A DNA stretch of 63,996 nucleotides, counting the filler, from Phoronis australis (lineage: Eukaryota > Animalia > Phoronida), in the NCBI GenBank assembly GCA_002633005.1. It is 10 parts of 10 records of this genome, joined end to end, with 100 filler letters (N's around TTAATTAATTAA, not from the genome) between each part and the next. Parts side by side here need not be neighbours in the genome. Positions count along the whole stretch, not along the records: positions 46,936 to 50,096 come from NMRA01003178.1; positions 50,197 to 52,889 come from NMRA01003489.1; positions 52,990 to 61,112 come from NMRA01001934.1; positions 61,213 to 63,996 come from NMRA01003425.1; 6 more parts are not named here. The stretch is one strand, 5' to 3'. A program made the position numbers and the translations under genes. Shown one piece after another: positions 48,741-62,381 of this stretch. The notes beneath the pieces were generated by a model that worked only from the letters and a program-made list of their open reading frames with translations, did not search any database and had not been told where the DNA came from. Numbering within the stretch: the first letter of the stretch is position 1; each line of letters starts with the position of its first letter.

Positions 48741-48810
48741 GCTACATGGTGTAGTGGTAAAGTCGGCGACCAGCAATTTCAGGGTCCCGGGTTCGACTCC
48801 GTCCTCGGTT
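48741..48810 (+). mobile_element. tRNA-derived SINE head or tRNA pseudogene
   Basis: A box TGGTGTAGTGG and B box GGTTCGACTCC at tRNA-like spacing, but no intact acceptor stem. Confidence 0.6.
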
Positions 48811-51800
48811 TCCCGCCAATTCGTTATCTCACTACTGAGATAACTTCATGGTTATTGTTTGACGCTAATATTGTAGTATAAATGTCGGTACAATGCGCGT
48901 CGTGATCACGTACAATGCCGTCATCTGCAGAATGGCGAAGCCATAGTCATTATGTGATGTCTATGGACGCAGCGGTATCGTCGACGACTCTAGTGAAGTG
49001 GTTTCGAAACCGGTTTCGGGTTCTATCCAAAATGTTATTCAACACGCGATGACTAACTAAATTGGTTATTCAACGATTGTGTTGGCCATGTCAGCCTGAT
49101 GGGATGTGGTATGATGCCTATTATTCTGTGCTCGAGGATATCTTGATTTACTGACGTGTCTAAGCCTGATTCGCACTCGATGACACCAGCATTAAAAGGC
49201 TACGAAACCCTGTTTTAGCCAATTCTCGTTCTGTCACCTCCCCCTGCATCATTAGCGTCAATCTTAAAGGATGAAAAAACAGTAATCAATATTTCGTATC
49301 TCAAAAACTGGATATTATGATACATGTGACGGGTGATCTTTTCCCACAGTTGCGTGTAATTCGGTAAAAACGTAGGCCACGCTTGCCCGCCGGTTTAACA
49401 GACTTTGGAAAGAGTCTTTTTCCAAACTTTTGCGAGTTGTGGTGAAACAGTTTGTTTCAGAACTGGATGGGAAAGTCGCTGTTATAGTACCTGTTAATAT
49501 GCCAAAGCCGGTATTGGTGAAGCTCATGGTGCGTTTGAGTCTCAAATTGAATTTCGTGAGTTCGGAAATACGAGCTTAGACTAAGTACTCAACTGCATGC
49601 ATAAACAATAAATATACTCGGGCTAAAAATAGACACTTATGCAGAGAATGTCAAAAATAACTCCAAATTCCTTATCGGAGATTAAACTCCGGGCCCTGGG
49701 GTCCTATGAAATGACTTGTACGAGTCATAATGGAGAATCTTTGTGGAGATATTTCAAATTCATTTAAACCATAAAAGGAGCTAGTTTCATCTGACGATTA
49801 ATTAATTGAACACTCTATTTCAGCTGCCACGCCCGAAGAAATCAATGACGCAATTAGTGCCTTGGTTAAAGCATGGCCTGGAATGAAGAAAACCTTTGAC
49901 GACTTTAATACAGATATCGAGGAATTGGGCAATAAAACTGATTCCAACAGTACGTCAATGCCTTGTCTAGTATCAATTAGTAAATATTTTACTTTCAAAG
50001 TAGCTGACAGCTTTCCTAAAATTAGTACATGATGAAAATCTTGATTTTTATATTTTGACAATCTGTGAGGTTTGTGGGTGGAACATCCTGGAGAACNNNN
50101 NNNNNNNNNNNNNNNNNNNNNNNNNNNNNNNNNNNNNNNNTTAATTAATTAANNNNNNNNNNNNNNNNNNNNNNNNNNNNNNNNNNNNNNNNNNNNTGGC
50201 GAGAAATTGGTGACGGTCTGAAAGTGGTGAAATTGGTGGAGGGTGAAATCAATGACGTAGCTAACTTGCCATCTTCTTCGTGTTGCCTTGTTTACTGTCT
50301 GTGTTTCTCGAGGGTCATAGGTCAAAGGAAGGGCACTGTCTGACGAATTGTATTTAGGAGTGATGCAACATGAATCACTTTTGAGTAAACATCTTATCGG
50401 GTAATTAGTTTATAAAATAAACAAACGCATCGCTCTATTCCAGTGACATAAAACATTGCCAAAACGTTAAGTGGAGCAGTAAGAAACATGTGTCATAAAC
50501 AGTTTGTGTGATTGACGAACAAAAAGACATTTCCCACAGCAGTACTTTTGAGTTGCCTGAAAGGCTGGGCCTTAATTGCTCGTCGGTTTTCTTTTTGTTT
50601 TGAGATAATAAACGTACGCCACTGCCATAACAAATGAACACGTAGTATAGCGTCGGAAGTAATTAGTTAATGTCGACCAAAGCTCATAGACGCTGATTAA
50701 TCCAAAATATAGGATTTTCATCAAAATATAAAATTAACTCACATTTTTTAGAAAAATATTTAACAAAACTGCGCAGTAATCATGATTTTATGCCAGAGAA
50801 TAATAAGTTATCTTCGTAAAATTGATAATGAAATGATCCAAAGAAGACAGTACCCATAAATTGTATCATTGTTGATGTAACTGACGTTGAAAAAATCAGT
50901 GTGCATGAAAAACTAAATGGGTGTTGGCTACTTGTTTAGTAGCGAGAGAGCCTTAAGATTCCCATGGTAACTAAGATACTACTGTACATTAAAATATTCC
51001 CACAACATGTTTAACAAAATCTCGTATTCCTATTCATATAAAACGTGGAGGATCTGTTAATTATCTGTCAAACTAATTACTATCACTAATTTGATCAAAG
51101 GTCAATATGCTGGCAGGATGAGTATTGTGTCAAAGTAATGTTATCTCTTTTCTGGATAACTTCAAGACAAATTGCTCTAAAGTCATGCGACTTGTACAAC
51201 TTCACTCCGCCTCCAATGAGAAATTGGATACCATTTAATGTGTCAAATAATAAAGCAAGTAAGTGGCTATTGGCGCCTGAATGATCCAATGTTTTAGCCA
51301 AAGGATGATACGTCGAAACGTCACAATTAGCTACAGAGCTAATCCCGAGGCAAATCATATCCTACGTATTGGAGTTTCTCCGCTTTTCAAGTTGCCTCCG
51401 AAAGATCTCGTGAAATAAACCACTCATGATTTATGCAAAAATCGGACGTGCATACCAAGATGTGCGAAAGATCACGGCGTAGAACCTTTTAAGAACTATG
51501 TAGCCATTTTCACAGATCGTATGTACATCCCAGTCTCACCAGGATCCGAGGAATATAGTCTAGGTACTTTAGTTTTCTTCATCGCTATAGGAAGGCTACA
51601 TTTCTACACAGTGCGAGACTCATTTAAAAAAAAGTACTCCTTCCGATCAAAACTCATCTCAGTGTGTTTGGCCCCTCGTTCTTTGTAAAATGGTCCCAGT
51701 CCACTAAAAAGGCAGGAACTACCAAAATTCGGCGAATGCACAATTCTTAGTAAAAAGTCCACATTCTCAAAAATTCAAGTTCCCCATTTTTAGGCTGGTT

Positions 51801-52154
51801 GCGCTCATGTGCCCTGTGTTTAATTCTTCTGGGTTGATATCCGTAGACGCCAGAATCTCGTGAGAAAGTTAACCATTGTAATCACGTGCTTCGTTTCTAA
51901 TACATGGCGATATTTCGCAGACTTGATAGCGTTTTCGCAAGTGTATTGTTAATTTATGCAGCAAATAATTAACGCACGCCCTTAATAATTATTTCACACC
52001 CCTAACAAGAGTTAACTTACGCTCGTAAATTTATGTGCGTAACGTTCACCTATTTGACCAACGATGTATTTCGTCTAGAAAAATTTTTGAGAGCGTATTG
52101 TTGGTCGTCAAAGTGATCAGCAGAATGGAAACGATTTTTTTATCTTTGTTCCAG

Positions 52155-52369
52155 GACCGAATTGTCGGGCTCCAAACGGTGTCGTGGTCAAAGATGGACA
52201 AACAGTTCAAATTGATCCCTGCACGAAATGTACGTGTGACCGAAGCAGCTGGTGGGGGTCTTCTGACGAACGAGCACAATGCCGCTTGGAACCTTGTCTG
52301 ATGAAGCCATGCCCGAAAGGACAAAGACGCCAATTTAGAAAAGGACTCTGCTGTCCAATTTGCGTTTAA
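52155..52369 (+). CDS. Terminal exon of a von Willebrand factor type C domain protein
   Basis: CAG acceptor, then GPNCRAPNGVVVKDGQTVQIDPCTKCTCDR...AQCRLEPCLMKPCPKGQRRQFRKGLCCPICV*. Has CxxCxC and CCPxC. AATAAA signals downstream (~52526, ~52656). Confidence 0.85.
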
Positions 52370-54132
52370 AGCATTTGGATAGCCGTCTAATCGTATCCAT
52401 ACATTCAAAATCCCCAGCAAGCAGACAATTGAATGAAAATAGTGAAGTCAAGGTGATACGCAAATGTGAAGTCCAGGAGATACGCAAATGAAAACAGAGT
52501 TCTATTTTCTGCCGTATCGACCCAAAATAAAAATTCCTATTGCACACAAATGAGAATGGCATTGTAGCACTGTTAACTGAATTTACGTCTTTTGCTTTTC
52601 CCCCTTTTCTGCGTCCCCGATGCATGTTTCCGTTGCTCACGATCAACGCACGAGCAATAAATCTATACTATTTACGGTGCAAAACTGTTGCTCGTAAATC
52701 CATCAATGAATTTTCATCATGCGGTTTTAATTTCCCCTGGCGCAAAACGTGTTATCTAAACAATTCAGCCTGTTGAGCGAATGTAGCTGTCAAGTGTTTT
52801 CTCGAAGTGGGGCTGTGTTGACAATTGACGGAGTTTGAATTTGCATCTGTGATTCTAGTATGTTGCATAGTCACGACATTTTTAAAATANNNNNNNNNNN
52901 NNNNNNNNNNNNNNNNNNNNNNNNNNNNNNNNNTTAATTAATTAANNNNNNNNNNNNNNNNNNNNNNNNNNNNNNNNNNNNNNNNNNNNTTTCTATATAT
53001 ATAGCAAGTCTTTGAGTCCGTATTTCACTGTTCATGTACACACTGCACTTAAGGTTATCTCAAACCTTATTTAGTGGCCTCCATTCTAACTCGTATATCA
53101 AAAACTTAAGTTTTGTCAACCAGTATATGTATTTATTTGCTGAAAGAAAAAAAGATTAGAGAATATAAAAATATGCTTTGCATTTATGTGCCATTATTAT
53201 TATTACGTTAACACCTTTTTAAGTCGAAATTTCATTTTTAAGAAAGGTAGATTCATAACAAAATAACCCCATGGTGGATTTTAATGAAACCTTCTTTTAA
53301 ATGAAAACTTCATCAGTTACCTACAAAAAGCTGTTAGGAATTTTTGGTTAGTCTTTTCGTTTGGTTTCTATGACAAATCAACTTGCAAAACGTAAGGTAT
53401 TTTTGTAAAAAATGGAACTTGCATCCGTCTTTGTTACATTACGCAAAAACTAGGCCTTTATATTGAAAATCCTGACAACGTTATTGAGAATGATGAATAA
53501 ATATTAAGTTTGGAAAGCTTCAGCGAAATCCACCAAGCTGTTTTTTGAGAACTCGTGTTCCTAAGTTCAAATAAAGTCCATCTGCCAAAGCCGGGAAAAA
53601 GCCGATTAAACTAGGACGAGTGAAAATCTCAAAGTCTTTGGTTAATTATTCGGTGAAAACTTGTTTTTGTTCAACACATCTTAAACACACCTAAACCATG
53701 TTAGCTATTTCAACATTCACACACAATGTCAACTGAATTTGCAGTGTGTAGTTAACTTAATTATCATTAAAACGTACGTACCCAGCCATGAGATGGGATC
53801 AACTGCTGCTGTTCTGTTTTTGACCTACTTTTAAGTAGTTCATTGTTACACACAGTCTATACACGTCACATGCCAGGAGACTGATATGAAACCAAGAAAT
53901 GGATCACGAAAATTGAGTCGATGGTTAAAGCATGTCATGAGTATGAGATCGAAACAGCGAAATGTCAATTTACTGATTGAATTAAGGAATTAGGATGAGG
54001 ATGTATTTCACAACTTGCTGTGTTCATGACCACAGAGGCGTGAGGCAACTCGTATGGTTCTCAACGGTCATATGCATGTGGACGCACAACTCCCTCAGGA
54101 TCAAAACTACATTTTGTCTTTGTTTTCCCCAG

Positions 54133-54240
54133 TACCGTTCTATCATAACCTCGTTGACTCAATATTATGGCAACTTGGTGAATGAAAGGACTGAGGATAC
54201 ATACAAAGCTGCTCTGTACCTGGCGGGAGATTCGATTTGA
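54133..54240 (+). CDS. Possible terminal coding exon, product unknown
   Basis: Strong pyrimidine tract and CAG, then YRSIITSLTQYYGNLVNERTEDTYKAALYLAGDSI*. No recognised motif. Confidence 0.25.
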   Translation, partial: YRSIITSLTQYYGNLVNERTEDTYKAALYLAGDSI

Positions 54241-54427
54241 GTGACAGCCCTGTAACCTTTGACCTCCGATAAGTTTTGTAAACAAATATCCACGCGGTTG
54301 TGCAGTTCCAAGGTGGTTCTGATAAATCTTTTTCTCACTACATGGTATATATTTTGTATTTGAAGTTCCCAGAGAATCAAGATAAGGTATTTTGCTAGAC
54401 ACCTGAAATAGTGTAAAAATGGCATTA

Positions 54428-54689
54428 ATCCAAGTGATGAAATATTTCCGGTCCGACATCACATTCTTTTGATATCTAAACCCAAAAACAAGGTATCCTA
54501 CAGTCGGCTGGCTACCGCCATTTTCTTGTGCATTTCATCAACAGCCCGTTCGCAGCGACCCGTAATCCGTAGTTGCGATGTGTACCACGACAAAATAGGG
54601 GCACCTCGTCAACTGTGGGGCACCTAATGTTTTGAGTCCCGATGTGAAAGGGTTGTGATGTCAGATCTGAAATCTCTCATCACTTGGAT
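54428..54689. mobile_element. ~260-bp MITE with 36-bp TIRs
   Basis: ATCCAAGTGATGAAATATTTCCGGTCCGACATCACA versus TGTGATGTCAGATCTGAAATCTCTCATCACTTGGAT (31/36 complementary). Confidence 0.75.
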
Positions 54690-54879
54690 GGATATTACTG
54701 ATAGAAAAAATAACATGACATTTCGTTTGTTAATTTCTGATGAATTATTTATAATTATATCTGGTTGTTACTGATAAAGATTCGTGTAAAACATATATCA
54801 TAATGACATACCTTTTTAATTTTTTAATTCTCTTCATAAATTTAATTTGAAAATATTCATTTAAATAATATTTTATTTA

Positions 54880-55010
54880 AGTTAATTTAATGCAACATTT
54901 TATTTAATTAATTTAATTTATTGATGTAACCATGTATGTTAGCCATTGGCTAAATCAGGTTTTTAATTCTATTGTATTTTATTCTCTACAAATAATGTTT
55001 ATGATTATTA
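54880..55010 (+). mobile_element. Diverged third copy of the LINE 3' tail seen at 1300-1475
   Basis: ACCATG...TTAGCCATTGGCTAAA...TATTGTATTTTATTCTCTACAAATAATGTTTATGATTATTA. Confidence 0.55.
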
Positions 55011-56599
55011 CATCAACAGATGAGCCTGACAGTACAACTAATCCAAAAATCTTATCACATAGCGATGTCCTCCTTTGAGTGTCTTCCAGCCAGGGTATGT
55101 CAAACACTTATTGTATGCGCTCATCACAACATCTGTAGCTGGTTTGATTAAGTGTTTTAAGACATATAACTTAAATCAACAGAAGACATTACACAGTGAT
55201 AATTTACCAGTAACAGATATGTAGTGAGCACAGTTTATACGGACAAAACTTGATGCAACTGAGAATCCCACCAAATTCAGTGTCCTAATGCAAAAATTTT
55301 TGTTAAAAGTTTGCTTGAATGAATACTAAGATTATTCCCAGCAATATTGATATGGGAAATGCACTTCCAATGCACCAGACTTATACTGCAGTGCAAATAA
55401 TACAAATAAATAGAATGAACTGTCCATTGTGGAGGCCTTGATGTTTCACTACACTTATATGACATTAGGATATGCATGGATTCACAACATTGCATGGATC
55501 ACTAAAATCAGTCGGATAACACAGTTATCGTGACTCACCACTGCAGAGCGATCAACGTACAAGATGAGTAGGAAATAAACACCGGCCTAGAATGTAAATT
55601 ACGATATGTTTGCTTTCTGTTTTTGCTTTGTATCTAGAATTATATTTCACTGAGTGATCCATTTCAGCATCAACCTCTTTATACTGAATTTTCCTCACTG
55701 CAACATTTCAGTCATCAGTTTCTCCAACCATCATCAGGTGAGCGACAGGTGGTATATCCATAACTGCTGACTAATGTATTTTTTAAGTATTATTAAATTC
55801 TACAAGATCATCACCACAAAGTGGCTTTCGAATGGTATGTCTGCTATACAAGGGTGTCCATATCAATATTTAGTTCTGTCCAGATAAAATAGAATTAGTC
55901 GATTTATGGACAATGTGGATTTATTTGAAACAAATTATAACTGCATTACCAATCAATGGCTGACAGACAGGAAAGTTACCCACAATTATAGTATAATGCA
56001 CAAGAATAGGTCTTTTACAGTGCCCATGGGCAAAGAACAGTCTGTGTTTTCAGTATTGACAGGTGGTTTCACCTGAAAGATGCACTCTGCAGCATTCAAG
56101 AGGAAACGTTGAGTCCTGACCATAACACAGACACCTTGCACGAGAAATTCAAGAAATCCATCCCTGATGAGAGCTGCATGTGTAGAGTATGGTTAGAAAA
56201 TAATTCTAAGATGGCATTTCAAGTATCGAGAAGAAAATATTAAGACTTACCACAGAATGTATAAAGAAAAGTGTTTGCAGTCAGATTTGCACATACATTG
56301 AGAGACCAGCAGTAATTCAAATGAACTCACTATGTTCTGACTTTTAAACCCTCACCAGCTGTTAACATCACCTGATAATCAATGTAACTGTATGAATGCA
56401 ATTACTGCTGCAGTGGAAAGAATTGAGAAAGGATGGAAAAATGAATGGGTACTTGATGTTAAAAGAATAAAACCCGGAGGGGGGGGGGCTGTTCCACATG
56501 ATGGGTAGTAAACTGCTATCGCACTTTCAAATGCCAGGCCGATGCAATGCACAGAAAATCAGTGTCCAATCATTAGAAAAAAATGGAGTACCCAAAACA

Positions 56600-56890
56600 A
56601 TGGCACTTCCGACGATATCCACTCTGCCTCCCAAAAACAAATACCCAACCTAGTTGACAACAAAACATCCCTACAAATCCTTCCATTGGATTTGCCAGAG
56701 ACCTTTTCAGAAATAACGCTGCTCATGGGTTCTAACTGGATTACAACAAGAGTGTCCAGTGAAGGCAGCAAGACCTCATTACATGCACCAATTACAATGA
56801 GATTACTGAGTGAAAGTCCTGAGCACACAAGCTGATCTACCTTGGAAAAGAGATTTGGATAGATAACACTGCCACTTAGACTCAATGACA
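56600..56890 (-). mobile_element. Highly decayed LINE apurinic-endonuclease-like fragment (tentative)
   Basis: SVIYPNLF...NLIVIGACN...KSNGRICRDVLLSTRLGIC loosely parallels APE motifs IIxGDFN and NxNGRxLxDLCxSTGLxI. Confidence 0.35.
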
Positions 56891-58499
56891 TTACAAAAGA
56901 ATCTACTTACCTGGCAAGCTACCTGTAAACAATTTTCAGTAGCGCTCTTTCAGTGAGGTGACACCGTCTATGTGGTACCTGTAATGATGGGAGATGAACA
57001 TGAACTAAATAAACAACTCATTCTTTGTGACTTGATTTTCCTCACATGAAAGAAGGTGAATGGATAAAAGAGGTTTCTAATCACCCTTATTTAGAACAGC
57101 CGATACACCTGACTGATTTCAAAACCAAATGTCCTGTGGGTGCCAGTCACAGAAGATGGCTCATAGAACTGTAACCTGACTAGTGTCCCTGGCTGCACTG
57201 ACCCTTTTAATGTGTTGCTAATGGTCACTAAATCCAGTTTAATAGTGACAGAAAATGGTGGCATAGCTAATGGATAGCTGAAGATTATAACAATAGCTGG
57301 TTGTTCTTACATAGTAAAGATTTTGTAACTTACAGACAATCAAACAGGAGCTCATTCAGTAAAGAAAAATAATGATGGGTAATTTTCCTGTTTACAAGGG
57401 ACCTCATTCCTACCTACCTCATTTATATTTGTATGACCCTATGACTGTAAAAATACACTGCATGTCACAGCACCAATTATTTACTAATTAAGTGGTGTGA
57501 AGGAAAACTGCTTTCAAAAACCACACAGTGTTTTGGATACGGTAAACATCATACCAATCCTGCAATTTTAATCAGGCAAAAAGCAAATCACCTGCAGCAT
57601 AATTTATGAAACTTTTCTCTTAGTAGAATAAACCTAGGGTCCAAAATAACCTACCATACTCATCTGGAATAATGCCCAGGCATAGTGCTTTAACTGGAAA
57701 ATTCAAGATTAGGCAAGGGCGTTTAAACACAAAATTTTTAATAAGCCAGGGGCTAAGGCATTTACCTGAACCGTCGATTCGGTCACACAAAGGCACCGCC
57801 ATTTTCTACACATAAGTACAATAACGTTAGAATGCACATGAGCCAAAAGAACCTATTATGTTACCTTCAGCAAAAAAATGTGTGTTTTTCTACCAGTGTA
57901 TGGCAAGGAACACAAAAGAGCTAAAATTCACATGAGAAGGGTTTTTGCATACATTATCAATGATGCCTTGGTTCTGCCAGATTCAACGCCAAATTCAACG
58001 CAGACTCTCATTGGCTCATCAAAACACTACATTACAGTATGCAAATTTTGATTGGTCAATTTCAGGAAACCCAGAAAATGTTCTAAAAATAAACTCCAAA
58101 CTCATCAACGTTTTTCGGTTATGAAATGAAATAAAAGCCGAGGAAGTGAGATGGTGAACGACAAACTGGTAAGATATGTATGAACTCTTGAAGCGAGCCG
58201 CGATTCAGTGTACGAAGGTTGAGGCATTCCTATGACTTATTAAACGTCAGTGTGATGGCGGGTCTTTATGATGGTCGCAAAGTAATCAGCACTTTACAAT
58301 CCACAGGCTACAGGAAAACATTGATTAAAACCAATGTAGGCACACTTGCTGAACTCTTGATTGGAACACATTATATGTTGTAATCAGTCCATTCAACCCC
58401 ATTCTGATACCACAAAAATGTTTCACAACAGGTGCTATTCTCCCGTCCGGCAGAAATGTTCAAGCCTCCAAAGTTGTCGATTAGAAGTGTTCGAGACTA

Positions 58500-59768
58500 T
58501 GGTAAAGTCGCGTGATTTTCGGACGGCCCGCCATTTTCGACCAAGAATAAATAATGAGTTTTTCATAGTCCACGAAATTCGTACAAGGTCCAAAAACTGT
58601 TTTTCAATGATCTTCGAATTTCGGACAATGTCATAAACGTTCGATTTTTGTCGACTTTCGGACAAGGAAAATTTTAGAAACGCTAATTTGGGATCGATGC
58701 AGCTCCCGTGTCACTAACGCGTTCAACCGATGATTACTACTCTACAAGGCTTGAATCGCTGAGAATTGGTGAAACAGGCTTTGTAATTTTTACCTTGTCT
58801 TGACGATGTCATGACCGTTACTCAATTGTCTTGCCTTTAGCTTGCGTTTGGCGCTTTAGCTATGAAAAGAGTCACCGAGTCCCGCATTACGAAAATTTCT
58901 GATGAAAATACAAATGGGAAATACACCGAAGGCTGCAGTTTTTCGTTGTAGCGTAACATGTGCTCTGGTTCAATTAGACCGTGTTGTTCGACTTCCGACT
59001 GTGACATTGAACTTGCACGCCTGACATCAGCTTGCGTGTTTACGAAACGTTTTTATTTTTAAAACGTCCTGGCCTTTGCAAATGCCCTTGTTAGTGGCTA
59101 AAATCTTCCGACGACGTGTCCGGATTTTATTCTTGACGTGATGAGAAATATTTTTTGTTTAGGCCCCAATACACAATAGGCCACAGCTAAGTCTGTCCGT
59201 AGGATATCGCGCGTTCAAAGTAGTGCAGATAGTGAACAGCAGCAGCCGAAAGAAACGGAGCCAAAGTAAAGCTGGTTAAAAATCAAACATAGGTAGGAAG
59301 ACTCTTCACAACGCAGCCCGACATTTCAAGTGAGATAGCACATTTTTGAAAAGATTCCGTCACTTGCCGAGAACGGTTTTTGAGCATCGGCAATGCAAGA
59401 AGAATATTTCATATTGAGAAAGCACATCTTTGAAAAGAACCAACACTTGTTGGGAACGGTCTTTGTGCGTCGATGGCGCACATTTCTTATTGGGAAAGCC
59501 AGATTTTCAAAAATTAATCGCTCAGACCATTTGAGTCTCATTTACCTGCAATTATACTGCTATCAAATGACCGAGCCAGCAATGTTGATACTACGACCGC
59601 TCACCAAAATAATGTACCCCCATGAAATTCGGACAGTAGCGGAAACCCAAATTTGGAGGTCCGCCAAATTCGGACACCACAGAAATGATGTTTCGCGAGA
59701 TTCGTCCAAGAATGAATTTTTTCTATTGGAATTAATTTTCAGTGTCCGAAAATCACGAGACTTTACCG
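58500..59768. mobile_element. Non-autonomous Tc1/mariner-superfamily (pogo-like) element, ~1.27 kb
   Basis: TA|TGGTAAAGTCGCGTGATTTTCGGAC ... GTCCGAAAATCACGAGACTTTACCG|TA (25-bp TIR, TA flanks). Internal TTCGGAC repeats. Confidence 0.85.
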
Positions 59769-61390
59769 TATAGCATGCATAGTAGTGTCTACACCCTAAA
59801 TTCCTGATGTCGGCGTGTTGACAGCTTGCAGGCTACTTTGCTCACATGGGGCACTGCTAATCAAGGTAGTATTTACAAAAACGCTGACACTTAACTTTTG
59901 AAGGCGTTTTTGGGTTAACAGGCATTTTTTCTCTGAAACGCAGTTTTGAATTTAGTTGATTTTCATAAAAATGATATTAGCAATTTTCCGTATATGTGAC
60001 ACGGTGAGCAAGTACCAAAACGAAGAAAACATTGACATGTTGAACATAGCATTAGTTTTACTCCTGTTTCTGACCTCATTGCTCAAGTCAAACGCAAATT
60101 GTTATGTAAGGGGCTGAGAAAGAAAATCTGTGAATGTCTCGCCCATTGAACATTTATCAGGACTGAAAAGCGACTGAGGAAACTTGTGTAGTGCATCACC
60201 ACTTAAATAACAGCTATTCTTGTTTTCATATTTGTAGAAAGCGGATGAAAATACGCCATCTTGATTAAAAGGTCTTCAAAAAAGGTAGCATACCCTTAGT
60301 TAAAGGAAGTCACTATCATATAATTTGGGCTTCAAGCTAAATGAGTCTGTTAAAAGTGAACATTTGGACACTTCTGGGGGGCTCACAATTAAGTGGGACT
60401 AGGCTATTAACCCCTGACAAGTATAAATTTAAGTTCTACAATAAACTGGCCTCATCTTGCCAAATTATTCCATACATTGTAAGACTGTCTAGAGTTGCAG
60501 GTAGCAAGTGGGAATGTCAGCAATGGCGAATATGAAAATTACGAATATTCATAAAAATTGAAAACACGATAAGAACATACATTATCCATGCATAGCTTTC
60601 AATCAAACATAAACAAAACAAAGGAAAACCAAAACGAAAAAACATCCAATAACAAAATAAACACCATCTACCTTAGTTCGCAGTCGGCGTTCCAGTGAGA
60701 ACTCGTGAAAATCAATCTGGGACATCTATAATTCATGCTGATACAATCAAAATCAGGCAATCTGCAAGTTTCCAGCAATAATTAGATTGCAGAGATTAAT
60801 TCTGTCAGTTACACTTAGACAAAGTCATTTACAGTCCTGCCCATTTTTAAAAATTAAAAATTGGACATCTTGAGAAATATCTCTTTTTACCAAAATATTA
60901 GACGTTAAAACACTTCTAAAAGTAACTGATAAACCAATTTCAAAAATGTAAAATTAATATGTTAATTAATTGCAGGTTGGTTAATAATTAATGAAACCGG
61001 TGAAAACAGAACACAGTGCTAGCACATTTGATAAGTAAATGCAGACTACATAACCATATGGTAATGTCATCGGTTTAAACTTAATTTCAATACAATGTAT
61101 TGTACTTCAGTGNNNNNNNNNNNNNNNNNNNNNNNNNNNNNNNNNNNNNNNNNNNNTTAATTAATTAANNNNNNNNNNNNNNNNNNNNNNNNNNNNNNNN
61201 NNNNNNNNNNNNGTCTTGAATCAGGATTGGACAGTTTGCTGAGGGTTTCCCAAGATACACTGCAGACTGTCACATTAGAGGATTGTGGGAGCTTGTTAAC
61301 TGAAAGGTGGGATGAGTTTTGAGTATTCTATGTCTGGGTCACGTTTTAAGAAAGGTCGTATTCCTGATCTGGTCTGAGATAGTCGTAATA

Positions 61391-61767
61391 TTTCGTTGAA
61401 AACCCGACTAAACTATTTGTTTAAAGCTTGATACAGAGTCGTTTGTAGTGTTGAAACAATCTCCTTTCTTCAGGTGTGCAGCTATATAGCAAAACACCGA
61501 GAGACATAACAAACAAACAAGCACTGTATCTATTTATTTATTGTGATATTTAAAATGAGGGTGGCCTCTTCAGTGATAGCACTGCTTTCCAAGAGGGCCC
61601 TGAAGCTTTCAAATCTCAATATAGCTAGTGTAAGTTTTGTTTGTTTGTTATGTCTCTCTGTGTTTTGCTATACAGCTGCACATCTGAAGAAGTGAGACTG
61701 TTTTGACATTACGAGCGACTCAGTATCAAGCTTTCAAACAAATAGTTCAGTCGTTATGTTCAACAAA
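61391..61767. mobile_element. Foldback element with ~125-bp inverted arms and a LINE 3' tail in the loop
   Basis: 61391-61520 pairs with 61636-61767. The centre ~61530-61605 is the reverse complement of a tail like 30715-30802. Confidence 0.75.
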
Positions 61768-62231
61768 GATTGTGTTAACAAAGGACTGCTACCGAACTGT
61801 ATGTTTATTGACAAACGATTCATTATCGTGCTTCATGAAGGTAGGTGTTTCACTAAAATTGAGTGTACTCGTTTGCATAAGTTGCAATATTAATTTATTT
61901 ATTTCATGGAAGTAGAAACTATCTCCAAGCTTGTTTTTGATGTTTTCAAAGTTGACAATAAAAAGGTGCATATACAAAAAAAACAACGTCACCTTCACAA
62001 TAATGCGGCTACTATGACTTAGTGTCATAACTAATCGATCAGTCAAATTTCATCTTTTTGGTGTGACTATGTTGAAAACTAATGGTTCATGGTTGAACCA
62101 TTTCTAGAGGTTTTTAATATGTTCAGTTTTTCATCTCTAATTTACACAAATGAAAAACACTGCGAACTGAGCAGACTTCTCTGATTGCTCGAATGTCATC
62201 TTCCTTTTATAACATACATGTGACCTTGTAG

Positions 62232-62381
62232 ATGCCTGTGGTTGGTCAGCAATTACTGTCGTAATCTGAAGTCACTGTGTTACGTCAGTGATTATGACAC
62301 TGTTGGACCAGAAGTTTTGTGGGCCCTGGGAGCTGGTTGTGACAGCATAAGGCGTCTCAACATTCATCCACTCTATCCTAA
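62232..62381 (+). CDS. FBXO41: F-box only protein 41-like, LRR-region exon
   Basis: CLWLVSNYCRNLKSLCYVSDYDTVGPEVLWALGAGCDSIRRLNIHPLYP (cf. recalled FBXO41 SLWLASCYCRALQ...VGHEVIWALGAGC). TAG acceptor, GTAAGT donor. Confidence 0.85.

Noticed and set aside
48741-48810. Functional tRNA gene
   Set aside because: A and B boxes are present but the acceptor and anticodon stems do not form, so it is treated as a SINE head or pseudogene.
30283-52369. Apparent immune or extracellular gene cluster (ankyrin, IL-17-like, GH9, Ig, VWC)
   Set aside because: Each fragment is on a different piece separated by artificial linkers, so adjacency is uninformative.
53049-53760. Additional TTAA-flanked Kolobok-like element
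   Set aside because: The composition is suggestive, but the terminal inverted repeats match too poorly to support a call.
55730-55820. C/D-box snoRNA candidate on the - strand (TGATGA...CTGA)
   Set aside because: No terminal stem and no recognisable rRNA or snRNA complementarity.
61460-61700. Hammerhead cores (CTGAAGA) in the foldback arms
   Set aside because: No stem II followed by GAAA.
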